64,000 nucleotides of DNA, from NCBI GenBank assembly GCA_947452995.1, contig CANGEV010000013.1, forward strand, positions 2,033 through 66,032, written 5' to 3'. Every line of letters begins with the position of its first letter. Position 1 is the first letter of the stretch. Positions 30,097 through 38,969 of the stretch are shown here, piece by piece. The stretch is from Chitinophagales bacterium. Lineage in GTDB: Bacteria; Bacteroidota; Bacteroidia; Chitinophagales; CAIODY01. The position numbers and the translations under genes are program-made. The notes under the pieces are model-generated. The model saw only the letters and a program-made list of their open reading frames with translations, was not told the DNA's origin and searched no databases.

Positions 30097-30151
30097 CAAA
30101 TGTATAGACGCTATATGATGTAATCGTTAAGAGTATTTAAAGATTTGTAAA
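30097..30151 (-). promoter_or_regulatory. Promoter with Pho-box-like tandem repeats
   Basis: On the minus strand TTTACA, TTAAAT, TTAACG and ATCATA begin at 30151, 30140, 30130 and 30119. They lie upstream of the -7 box TACATTTG (30104-30097). Confidence 0.45.
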
Positions 30152-30175
30152 AATATAAGCACAGAAACAAGCCGA

Positions 30176-30733
30176 TTACTCTTGTTTCAACTCTAAACCA
30201 TCCAACCAAACATCTACAATATGGTCGACGTTGATTTCAATTCGGAGACGGTCGAAGCCTTTAGGAACAGTATAGGTCTGTTCAAAATAATTCCAATCCG
30301 TCTTCGACTGAAGAAAGATTCGTGTGCTGAGATGTTGGCCATGATGCGCATTGACACCTCCCATCTGAAAAGGAACAGAACTCGCGTCAGCAGATTTTAT
30401 CCAGCCACTTAATTGATAAGTAGCACCCGCTACAGCAGGCATTTCCTTCGCAATACCTGGCGCTTGATTTCCAGTCGCCGACTTACACGCATTCACTTTC
30501 CAGTGCAAACTAAACTGCCCCTCTTTCTTCACAGAAGCGTCCGCACTCGTTGTAAAAGAACCAGGCGTTCCAGTTTCTTCGCTATACACCTGCCAATTAT
30601 AAGGTGTTGCGCCCTGCCAAAATTCAAAGCCTCCATTGAAGCCCTTAGAAGCGTCTTCCACATATAATGAACTAGCACCCCAACCACAGCTCACTAAAAC
30701 TAAAAGTGCGACAGGTAAAAAGTGCTTTTTCAT
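30176..30733 (-). CDS. Lipoprotein with carbohydrate-binding-module-like (CBM4/9-type) domain
   Basis: Lipobox LVSC; FNGGFE, GATYQLSGWIK and VWLDGLEL motifs. Confidence 0.7.
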   Translation of the reverse strand: MKKHFLPVALLVLVSCGWGASSLYVEDASKGFNGGFEFWQGATPYNWQVYSEETGTPGSFTTSADASVKKEGQFSLHWKVNACKSATGNQAPGIAKEMPAVAGATYQLSGWIKSADASSVPFQMGGVNAHHGQHLSTRIFLQSKTDWNYFEQTYTVPKGFDRLRIEINVDHIVDVWLDGLELKQE

Positions 30734-30758
30734 CAATAAAATTTATTCTTTTTAGAAA

Positions 30759-33581
30759 CTACTTACTCAAGTGCATACTACGCTCCTTGTACAACTGACG
30801 GAAGTAAGGATCGCGCAAGTCTTTGATGAAACGAATCGCCTCGCCGGTAGATTTCATTTCTGGACCTAACTCCTTGTTTACATTAGGGAACTTATCAAAA
30901 GAGAAGACAGGTTCCTTAATCGCATAGCCTTTTAACTTAGGCTCGAATTTGAAATCAGTCAACTTCTTCTCTCCTAACATTATCTTAGTCGCTACATTCA
31001 AATAAGGAATTTGATAAGCCTTCGCAATAAATGGCGTCGTACGACTTGCACGCGGATTCGCCTCAATCACAAATACCTTATCATCCTTGATCGCAAATTG
31101 AAAGTTGATTAAGCCTTTAATGTTCAACTTAAACGCAATCTTCTTCGCATAATCCTTCATCTCCTCGATCACTAAAGGAGTCAGATTAAACGGAGGCAAC
31201 ACCGCATTACTATCACCACTGTGAATTCCCGCAGGCTCGATATGCTCCATCACACCCATCACATGGAAATTCTCTCCGTCACATATTCCGTCGATCTCAG
31301 CTTCTTGACAACGATCTAAGAAGTGATCAATCAAAATAGTATTGCCCGGTAAGTGCTTCAACAAGCTCAATACCGCCTTTTCCAACTCTTCATCATTGAT
31401 TACAATTCGCATACGTTGACCGCCCAATACATAGCTCGGACGAACCAAAACCGGATAACCAATTTTCTTCGCCACTTCTAATGCTTCATCTGCTGTATGT
31501 GCTGTACCGTATTGCGGATAAGGGATATTCAATTCCTTCAACATATCGGAGAAACGACCACGATCTTCTGCAATGTCCATATTATCGAAAGAAGTACCTA
31601 TGATGCGGATTCCTTTCTCATGTAGACGTTTAGAAAGCTTCAAAGCTGTTTGCCCACCTAATTGTACGATCACACCGTACGGCTTCTCCAACTCGATAAT
31701 CTCCCAAAGATGTTCCCAGAATACAGGCTCGAAGTAAAGCTTATCCGCCATATCGAAATCCGTACTCACTGTTTCAGGATTACAATTCACCATGATCGCT
31801 TCGTAACCGCATTCTCTAATCGCCTGCAAACCGTGTGTACAACAGTAATCGAATTCGATTCCTTGTCCGATACGATTTGGTCCGCTACCCAACACAATCA
31901 CTTTCTTACGATCACTCGGCTTGCTCTCGTTCTCTGTGTCAAACGTACTATAGAAATAGTTGGTTTTACTTTCAAACTCTGCAGCACAAGTATCTACCAT
32001 TTTATAGGTACGACGGATATTCATCGCAATACGCGCATTGAAAATATCTTCATCGGTACATTTATTATCTAACAACTTCGCAATTTGCAAATCGCTAAAG
32101 CCCGTTTGCTTTGCCTTGCGCATATCATCCACACTGATTTCACTTACTGCATTATGCGTAATCAAATGCTTCTCCATATCAACAATAGCCTGAATCTGAT
32201 TCAAAAACCATTTATCAATCATAGTTAATTTATGAATGGTAGAAACAGAAACACCTGCCATCAAGGCATCCTTAATTCTGAAAACACGATCCCATTTAGG
32301 TGTCTTTAAATACTCCAACAATTCTTCCGTCTTCATCAACGACTTGCCATAGTATCCTAAGCCAATCGCATCATTCTCCAAACTCTGACAAGCCTTCTGA
32401 ATCGCTTCCGGGAAGGTTCTGCCTATCGCCATCACCTCACCTACCGCTTTCATCTGAAAACCTAAAGTATCATTTGCTCCTTTGAACTTGTCGAAGTTCC
32501 AACGAGGTATTTTTACAATCACATAATCTAAAGTAGGCTCGAAGAAGGCAGAAGTAGTTTTGGTGATTTGATTTTTCAACTCATCCAAATTATAACCTAC
32601 AGCCAATTTCGCAGCGATCTTCGCAATCGGATAACCCGTCGCTTTTGAAGCTAATGCCGAAGAACGACTCACACGTGGATTAATTTCAACGACGATGATT
32701 TCTTCCGTGTCAGGATTCATCGCAAATTGCACATTACATCCGCCTGCAAAATTTCCTAAGTTGCGCATCATACTGATAGCAGTATTACGCATCAATTGAA
32801 AGGCTGTATCACTCAAGGTCATAGCCGGTGCTACCGTAATACTATCTCCCGTATGAACGCCCATCGGGTCAAAATTCTCAACCGTACAAATGATCGTTAC
32901 ATTATTATTATTGTCGCGCAACAATTCCAATTCATATTCTTTCCAACCCAATACTGCTTTTTCTACCAACACTTCATGAATTGGACTTGCAGTCAAGGCT
33001 CTGTTTAAGGCCTCATCTAAATCTTCCTTTTTGAAAACAACGCCACCACCTGTTCCACCCAAAGTAAACGAAGGACGCAATACTAATGGAAAACCAATCT
33101 CTTGCGCAAACTCCTTTCCTTCTAAAAATGAATTAGCCACTTTCGCAGGACAAACAGGAATACCCATTTCAATCATCCACTGACGGAACAAATCACGATC
33201 TTCTGCTTTGTCAATCGCCTTGATATCAACGCCAATCATGCGTACTTTATATTCTTCCCACAAGCCAATTTCATCGGCTTCTTTACACAGATTCAAGGCT
33301 GTTTGTCCGCCCATAGTCGGTAGTACCGCATCAATCTCATTTTCTTTTAAGATTTGCTCGATCGATTCAACCGTCAATGGCAATAAATACACCTTATCAG
33401 CGACCAAGTTATCGGTCATGATAGTCGCAGGATTGCTATTGATAAGGATTACTTTGATGCCTTCTTCACGAAGTGAACGAGCGGCTTGAGAGCCAGAATA
33501 GTCGAATTCACAAGCTTGTCCGATGATAATTGGTCCTGACCCGATGATGAGGACGCTGCGGAGGGAGGTATCTTTTGGCAT
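30759..33581 (-). CDS. carB: Carbamoyl-phosphate synthase large subunit (no C-terminal MGS domain)
   Basis: GSGPIIIGQACEFDYSG; two ATP-grasp units; ends shortly after LGPEMKSTGE. Confidence 0.97.
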   Translation of the reverse strand: MPKDTSLRSVLIIGSGPIIIGQACEFDYSGSQAARSLREEGIKVILINSNPATIMTDNLVADKVYLLPLTVESIEQILKENEIDAVLPTMGGQTALNLCKEADEIGLWEEYKVRMIGVDIKAIDKAEDRDLFRQWMIEMGIPVCPAKVANSFLEGKEFAQEIGFPLVLRPSFTLGGTGGGVVFKKEDLDEALNRALTASPIHEVLVEKAVLGWKEYELELLRDNNNNVTIICTVENFDPMGVHTGDSITVAPAMTLSDTAFQLMRNTAISMMRNLGNFAGGCNVQFAMNPDTEEIIVVEINPRVSRSSALASKATGYPIAKIAAKLAVGYNLDELKNQITKTTSAFFEPTLDYVIVKIPRWNFDKFKGANDTLGFQMKAVGEVMAIGRTFPEAIQKACQSLENDAIGLGYYGKSLMKTEELLEYLKTPKWDRVFRIKDALMAGVSVSTIHKLTMIDKWFLNQIQAIVDMEKHLITHNAVSEISVDDMRKAKQTGFSDLQIAKLLDNKCTDEDIFNARIAMNIRRTYKMVDTCAAEFESKTNYFYSTFDTENESKPSDRKKVIVLGSGPNRIGQGIEFDYCCTHGLQAIRECGYEAIMVNCNPETVSTDFDMADKLYFEPVFWEHLWEIIELEKPYGVIVQLGGQTALKLSKRLHEKGIRIIGTSFDNMDIAEDRGRFSDMLKELNIPYPQYGTAHTADEALEVAKKIGYPVLVRPSYVLGGQRMRIVINDEELEKAVLSLLKHLPGNTILIDHFLDRCQEAEIDGICDGENFHVMGVMEHIEPAGIHSGDSNAVLPPFNLTPLVIEEMKDYAKKIAFKLNIKGLINFQFAIKDDKVFVIEANPRASRTTPFIAKAYQIPYLNVATKIMLGEKKLTDFKFEPKLKGYAIKEPVFSFDKFPNVNKELGPEMKSTGEAIRFIKDLRDPYFRQLYKERSMHLSK

Positions 33582-33699
33582 GGCGGAAGGTAAAATAGAT
33601 AAACGCCGCCAGGCGATACGTGAGTTCCCGTCTTGACGGCACGCGAAGATAGCAAAAAGACGTGAGTATTTTTCAAGAATCCTTACTTTTGTAAGGAGA

Positions 33700-36600
33700 A
33701 TGGACTTAGTGGAATTGCTACAACAGTGGCTAAAACGTCCGCAGACGGGACTAATACTTCAACAGTCTGACGCACCGAACCCGCAGGTGACGCACTTACA
33801 AGGAATCGACGCTTCGGCAGAGACCTTGCAAGTCTTGGCCACTTCCTTGCTACAAAGCAATACCTCCAACTGGCTCCTCTACCCCGACAAGGAAAGCGCA
33901 CTCTATGCCTTTACCGATATCGACAACCTACTCAACCACCTTCAAAAGTCGGTTTTTGCCTTACCAAAAGGATTTTTCTTCCCCGACTCTTTCCAGCGTC
34001 CCGGGGAATTTAATTCCGCCGTACAATCGGCACAAGTACTAGAACGTACCGAATTACTCACCGACCTGCTCAAACATCCCGACCGTAAACGAATCATCGT
34101 TAGCTATCCGCAAGCAATGATCGAACAAGTCATTTCTGCAGGAGGCTTACAAAAACATATTCTTCACCTTAAAAAAGGAGAAGCTATCGACCTCGACTTC
34201 GTTACAGAGCTACTCGTAGAACTCCGTTTCGAACGCACCGACTTCGTCTATGAACCCGGTCAGTTTAGTATACGCGGTGGTATCGTAGATATCTTCAGCT
34301 TCGGTAACGACTATCCCTACCGACTCGAACTCTTTGGTCGAGAGGTAGAATCCATTCGTACCTTCGACCCCGCAACACAGCTCAGCGTCGCTAACGTGGC
34401 CTATGTCACGATCATCCCGAATACGCAAGTACTCGATGATCAACAAGCCAACGCACCGCTGCTAGACGTAATTCCAAGCAACAGTATCTTCTGGATTAAA
34501 AACAATGCAGATCAACTGTTAAGTCTTGAAGCACTCGCCACCAAGGATGCGCCAACTGCCGAAAATGCGCCTACACTCCGTCCCGACTTCGAACGCCGTT
34601 GGTCGGACGACCTCGAACGCTTTCCTGTATTTGAATTCGGTACCCGGACGGCCTTTGCACCTTATCTCACGATCAAATACAATATACTTCCACAACCAAG
34701 TTTCAACAAAAACTTCGAGCTGTTGATGGATGAGCTAATAGCCAAACAACACCTCGGCTATCGCAATTATATTTTCGCGGATAACCCGAAACAAATAGAA
34801 CGTTTCAATCATATATTCACCGACCTTGGACAAAATAGAAAAGGAAAAGGAGTCAATGCAAACGTACAGTTTACACCACTCAACCTCTCCCTGCATCAAG
34901 GTTTCATCGATACGGAGTTAAAACAAACACTCTTTACCGATCATCAAATTTTTGAACGCTATCATCGCTTCAAACAAAAGGCGGTCTATTCTAAGTCGAA
35001 CGCCATAACGCTGAAAACGCTGACAGAGCTTCAAGCAGGCGATTTCGTCGTGCACAGCGATCACGGCGTTGGTAGATATTCTGGCTTGCAGAAGCTAGAA
35101 ATAAACGGTGTTACACAAGAAGTAGTTCGCATATTTTACAAAGACAATGATGTGCTCTATGTAAATATCAACTCACTCCATAAGATTTCGAAGTTTAGCG
35201 GGAAAGAAGGCAACGAACCAAAAATCAATAAACTCGGTTCTGATGCCTGGGAACAGCTCAAACGTAAAACGAAGAATAAAGTTAAAGAGCTTGCCTTCGA
35301 CTTAATTCAGCTCTATGCAAAACGTAAAGCAGCGAAAGGTTTTGCTTTTTTACCAGACACCTATTTGCAAAACGAATTAGAAGCAAGTTTTATATATGAA
35401 GATACACCGGATCAGTTGAAAGCAATCAACGACGTGAAAGCGGATATGGAGAAAGCCTATCCAATGGATCGTTTAGTGTGCGGAGACGTAGGATTCGGCA
35501 AAACGGAAGTGGCAATTCGAGCAGCGTTCAAGGCTGTTACAGACGGAAAACAAGTAGCCGTGTTGGTACCAACAACTATCTTGGCGATGCAACATGCAAA
35601 GACCTTCGCCGATCGATTAAAAGAATTTCCTTGTACCATTGAATACCTGAATCGTTTTAAAACAGCGAAGCAGCAAAAGGAAACTATCCAACGACTCACG
35701 GAAGGAAAAGTAGATATTGTTATTGGTACGCATATGTTGCTCAGCAATAAAATCAAGTTCAAAGATCTTGGCTTGATGATTATTGATGAAGAACAAAAAT
35801 TCGGTGTAGCTGCGAAAGATAAATTGAAACTAATCAAGACGAATGTCGATACGCTTACACTCACTGCAACGCCAATTCCTCGTACGCTACAATTTAGTAT
35901 GATGGGCGCGCGCGACTTAAGTGTGATTCATACGCCACCACCGAACAGACAGCCCGTAGAGACGCGTGTTTGTACCTTCGATATCGAACTGATTAAGGGC
36001 GCAATTGAAAATGAAGTATATCGTGGCGGACAAGTATATTTCATCCACAACAAGGTACAAGATATTGGAGAGATGGCAGCGATGATTCGAAAAGCTTGTC
36101 CTGGTTTTGAAATTGGTGTGGCGCACGGACAGATGGATGGAGAGACCTTAGAGCAACGAATGATGAGCTTCATCAACAGAGAGTATGATGTATTAGTTTG
36201 TACGAATATTGTGGAGAGTGGCTTAGATATTAGCAACGCGAATACGATTATTATCAATCATGCGCATCATCATGGATTAAGTGATTTACATCAGCTACGT
36301 GGACGGGTAGGAAGAAATAATAAGAAAGCATATTGCTTTTTGATTGCTCCTCCGATGCATATTTTAACGCCAGAGGGAAGAAGAAGATTACAAACCATCG
36401 AACAGTTTAGTGACCTTGGAAGTGGCTTCCAGATTTCGATGCGCGACTTAGACATTCGTGGAGCCGGAAATTTATTAGGCGGAGAGCAGAGTGGATTCAT
36501 TACAGAGATTGGCTTCGAGATGTATCATAAAATTTTGGATGAAGCGATTCGTGAGTTGAAGGCAGGTGAATTCAAAGAGCTCTTTGAAGATAGCAACAGC

Positions 36601-37086
36601 GATTCTTTGTTAGGTCCATATGTACGAGAGTGTGCGATTGAAACGGATACAGAGATGTTGATTCCGGATGATTATGTGAATTCGATTGCAGAGCGTTTGC
36701 AGCTCTACAGACAGTTAGATGATGTCGCTAACGAAGCCGCATTGCGTGCGTTCGAGGCAGCATTGAAAGATCGTTTCGGACCAATTCCGGCAACAGTATT
36801 TGAGTTATTCGAAGCAGTGCGTGTCCGTTGGAGTGCGACTGCATTGGGCTTTGAGCGCATTCAGCTAAAGGATAATATCATGCGTGGATATTTTGTTTCG
36901 GAGAAAGACAATAAGTTTTTTGAAACGGAGCAGTTCATGAAAACGATGGGCTTCATCCAAAGTGAAGGCAACCGTGCCGGCATGAAGCAAAGCGAACGAC
37001 ACTTGATTATTACGGTGAAGAGCATCGGCAATCTGCAACAAGCAGAGGCGTATTTGCAAAGGATGCTGAAAGCGGTTAAAGGGTAA
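33700..37086 (+). CDS. mfd: Transcription-repair coupling factor
   Basis: UvrB-like region (PGQFSIRGGIVDIF), RID (VVHSDHGVG), GDVGFGKT, DEEQKFG, QLRGRVGR and TRCF domain. TACTTTTG box at 33684-33691. Confidence 0.97.
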   Translation: MDLVELLQQWLKRPQTGLILQQSDAPNPQVTHLQGIDASAETLQVLATSLLQSNTSNWLLYPDKESALYAFTDIDNLLNHLQKSVFALPKGFFFPDSFQRPGEFNSAVQSAQVLERTELLTDLLKHPDRKRIIVSYPQAMIEQVISAGGLQKHILHLKKGEAIDLDFVTELLVELRFERTDFVYEPGQFSIRGGIVDIFSFGNDYPYRLELFGREVESIRTFDPATQLSVANVAYVTIIPNTQVLDDQQANAPLLDVIPSNSIFWIKNNADQLLSLEALATKDAPTAENAPTLRPDFERRWSDDLERFPVFEFGTRTAFAPYLTIKYNILPQPSFNKNFELLMDELIAKQHLGYRNYIFADNPKQIERFNHIFTDLGQNRKGKGVNANVQFTPLNLSLHQGFIDTELKQTLFTDHQIFERYHRFKQKAVYSKSNAITLKTLTELQAGDFVVHSDHGVGRYSGLQKLEINGVTQEVVRIFYKDNDVLYVNINSLHKISKFSGKEGNEPKINKLGSDAWEQLKRKTKNKVKELAFDLIQLYAKRKAAKGFAFLPDTYLQNELEASFIYEDTPDQLKAINDVKADMEKAYPMDRLVCGDVGFGKTEVAIRAAFKAVTDGKQVAVLVPTTILAMQHAKTFADRLKEFPCTIEYLNRFKTAKQQKETIQRLTEGKVDIVIGTHMLLSNKIKFKDLGLMIIDEEQKFGVAAKDKLKLIKTNVDTLTLTATPIPRTLQFSMMGARDLSVIHTPPPNRQPVETRVCTFDIELIKGAIENEVYRGGQVYFIHNKVQDIGEMAAMIRKACPGFEIGVAHGQMDGETLEQRMMSFINREYDVLVCTNIVESGLDISNANTIIINHAHHHGLSDLHQLRGRVGRNNKKAYCFLIAPPMHILTPEGRRRLQTIEQFSDLGSGFQISMRDLDIRGAGNLLGGEQSGFITEIGFEMYHKILDEAIRELKAGEFKELFEDSNSDSLLGPYVRECAIETDTEMLIPDDYVNSIAERLQLYRQLDDVANEAALRAFEAALKDRFGPIPATVFELFEAVRVRWSATALGFERIQLKDNIMRGYFVSEKDNKFFETEQFMKTMGFIQSEGNRAGMKQSERHLIITVKSIGNLQQAEAYLQRMLKAVKG

Positions 37087-37359
37087 AAGGGATCCCGATG
37101 CGAAGCTATCGGGAGGGAAAGGTTAAAGGGTAAAAGGGAATGGTTAAAGGGTAAAAGAGAATTATTCACTATTCACTATTAACCTTAACCCGCTCCGTTT
37201 CGTGTCTTCACGAAACGCACCAAACAAAAATCGGAGTTCGATTACTTTCGCAACCGCACTCCGATTATTCATTATTCATTATTAACTATTCACCATTCAC
37301 TTTTCACTCCCGATTGCTTCGGGATTTTAATTCTTAATTCCTAATTCTCAATTCTCAAT
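37074..37359. repeat. Composite cluster of heptamer tandem arrays and REP-like palindromes
   Basis: GGTTAAA/GGGTAAA/AGGGAAW units 37074-37162; TATTCAC-type units 37163-37183 and 37266-37307; TCTCAAT-type units 37325-37359. Palindromes at 37093-37114, 37196-37217, 37229-37266 and 37308-37324. Confidence 0.9.
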
Positions 37360-37709
37360 CATCCCTCCACCTTCTTCACCACATCCGTATTCTCCCCAAA
37401 CATATTCGCAAACATCTTTATATTATGCGCCGCCTCCGCATTGCCCGTAGCACGCTCCAAAGTATCCGCCATCGAATGTAGGGTTTGATAATACAACAAA
37501 TTCATCTCGTCCACACGCATCTCCTTCGTCCACAAATCTATCTTCATCGACTCCTGCGCATCACCATCCCACATGCCAATCAACAAAGCCTTACACTCCT
37601 TAGTAGTAGGATTTCCAGACGGATCATTCGCCGTCCACTCTATCTTCTCCGGCATTTTCTGATCATCTACATGCACATCAAATTTGATACTATTTACTTT
37701 CTTTTCCAT
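37359..37709 (-). CDS. gldC: Gliding motility-associated protein GldC
   Basis: PEKIEWTA...MKIDLWTKEMRVDEM...HSMADTLERAT. Confidence 0.9.
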   Translation of the reverse strand: MEKKVNSIKFDVHVDDQKMPEKIEWTANDPSGNPTTKECKALLIGMWDGDAQESMKIDLWTKEMRVDEMNLLYYQTLHSMADTLERATGNAEAAHNIKMFANMFGENTDVVKKVEG

Positions 37710-37719
37710 TGTTCTTATT

Positions 37720-38958
37720 TTAATTCGATAACCAAGTTTCTGGATTCAACTTATCGGTATTTTTCCAAATCTCTAAATGTATTTCTGTTTTCCCTTCCTC
37801 TGTATTGGTATAAACTTTGCCGATCACCTGCTTCGTTGTCACCTTATCCCCGATCTTAACATTCACAGATTCTAAGTTTGAATACACCGAAAAATATTCA
37901 CCATGATTAATCAATACCGCTTTCTGGAAGGCCGGGTTGAACAACACTGCTTTTACCGTGCCCTCGAAGATCGTACGCACCGTAGCACCCTGCTGCGTCT
38001 TTATATCAATCCCATTATTGTTCACCTGCACATGATCTAAAATTTCATGCTCATGGCGACCGAAATGACCCGTAATAACCCCACGCTCTACTGGCCATGG
38101 TAAACGTCCCATATTGCCCGCAAAATGCTCGCTCAGGGCCTTTGCCTCTGGCGTTAAGGTAAGCACCTTATTACCATTCGATTCGCTTGTCTTACGCGCT
38201 GCTTCAATTTCCTTCTTGATGATGTCTTCAATCAACTTATTCAACTTCGCGGCTGTCTTCTTCTTCTCCTTAATCTGGTTCATCAGCTCTGCCTCCTTAC
38301 CCTTGAGCGAAGCCACCACTTTATCTTTTTCTTTACGCTCCTTCTCTAAGGTATTTTTCTCCGTTTGCTCCGTTCCTAACAATACTTCCTTCTCTTCCTT
38401 CTGACCTTTCAAAGATTGTAAAGTCTGCAAACGCTCTGTCTTCGTGGATTTGATCAAACGCGCCTGCGCCAACCGATAATCCGAATATTGTTGTAAATAC
38501 TTTAAACGCTGATAGGCATTGTTAAAATCACGCGCAGAGAAAATAAAAAGTATCTTATCCAAAGCACCATGCGTCTTGTAGGCTCGAACCACCAAACGCG
38601 CATATTCCGCTTTCATACTATCTAATCGCATATCCAACATCTTCAAATTCTTCTCCGTCGATTGAATTCCTTCTACGATCTGGCCGAGCTGTGAATTATA
38701 GTTGGCAATCAATTTCTGACGCGCCGCAATCTTTTGCTTCAAGGCCAAAACCTCGCTCACAGAGGCGTTCTTGCTATTACGCGTCTTGCGCAACAAATCC
38801 TCGGCATCTTCAATCTCTTCTAACAAACGTTTCTTCTTTTTTTCCAATTCATCACGCGATTCACTGCTCGCGGTAGATGCAGCGTGCTTCTGCGCCAAGA
38901 CAGGCACAATCACCAAAAAAGAAAGGATAGTTAGAAAACCGAAGAAGACCTTTTTCAT
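37720..38958 (-). CDS. EnvC-like murein hydrolase activator (coiled coil + M23 domain)
   Basis: Signal peptide, long coiled coil, LPWPV and NNGIDI; degenerate M23 zinc ligands. Confidence 0.9.
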   Translation of the reverse strand: MKKVFFGFLTILSFLVIVPVLAQKHAASTASSESRDELEKKKKRLLEEIEDAEDLLRKTRNSKNASVSEVLALKQKIAARQKLIANYNSQLGQIVEGIQSTEKNLKMLDMRLDSMKAEYARLVVRAYKTHGALDKILFIFSARDFNNAYQRLKYLQQYSDYRLAQARLIKSTKTERLQTLQSLKGQKEEKEVLLGTEQTEKNTLEKERKEKDKVVASLKGKEAELMNQIKEKKKTAAKLNKLIEDIIKKEIEAARKTSESNGNKVLTLTPEAKALSEHFAGNMGRLPWPVERGVITGHFGRHEHEILDHVQVNNNGIDIKTQQGATVRTIFEGTVKAVLFNPAFQKAVLINHGEYFSVYSNLESVNVKIGDKVTTKQVIGKVYTNTEEGKTEIHLEIWKNTDKLNPETWLSN

Positions 38959-38969
38959 GCTTTTTGAAT

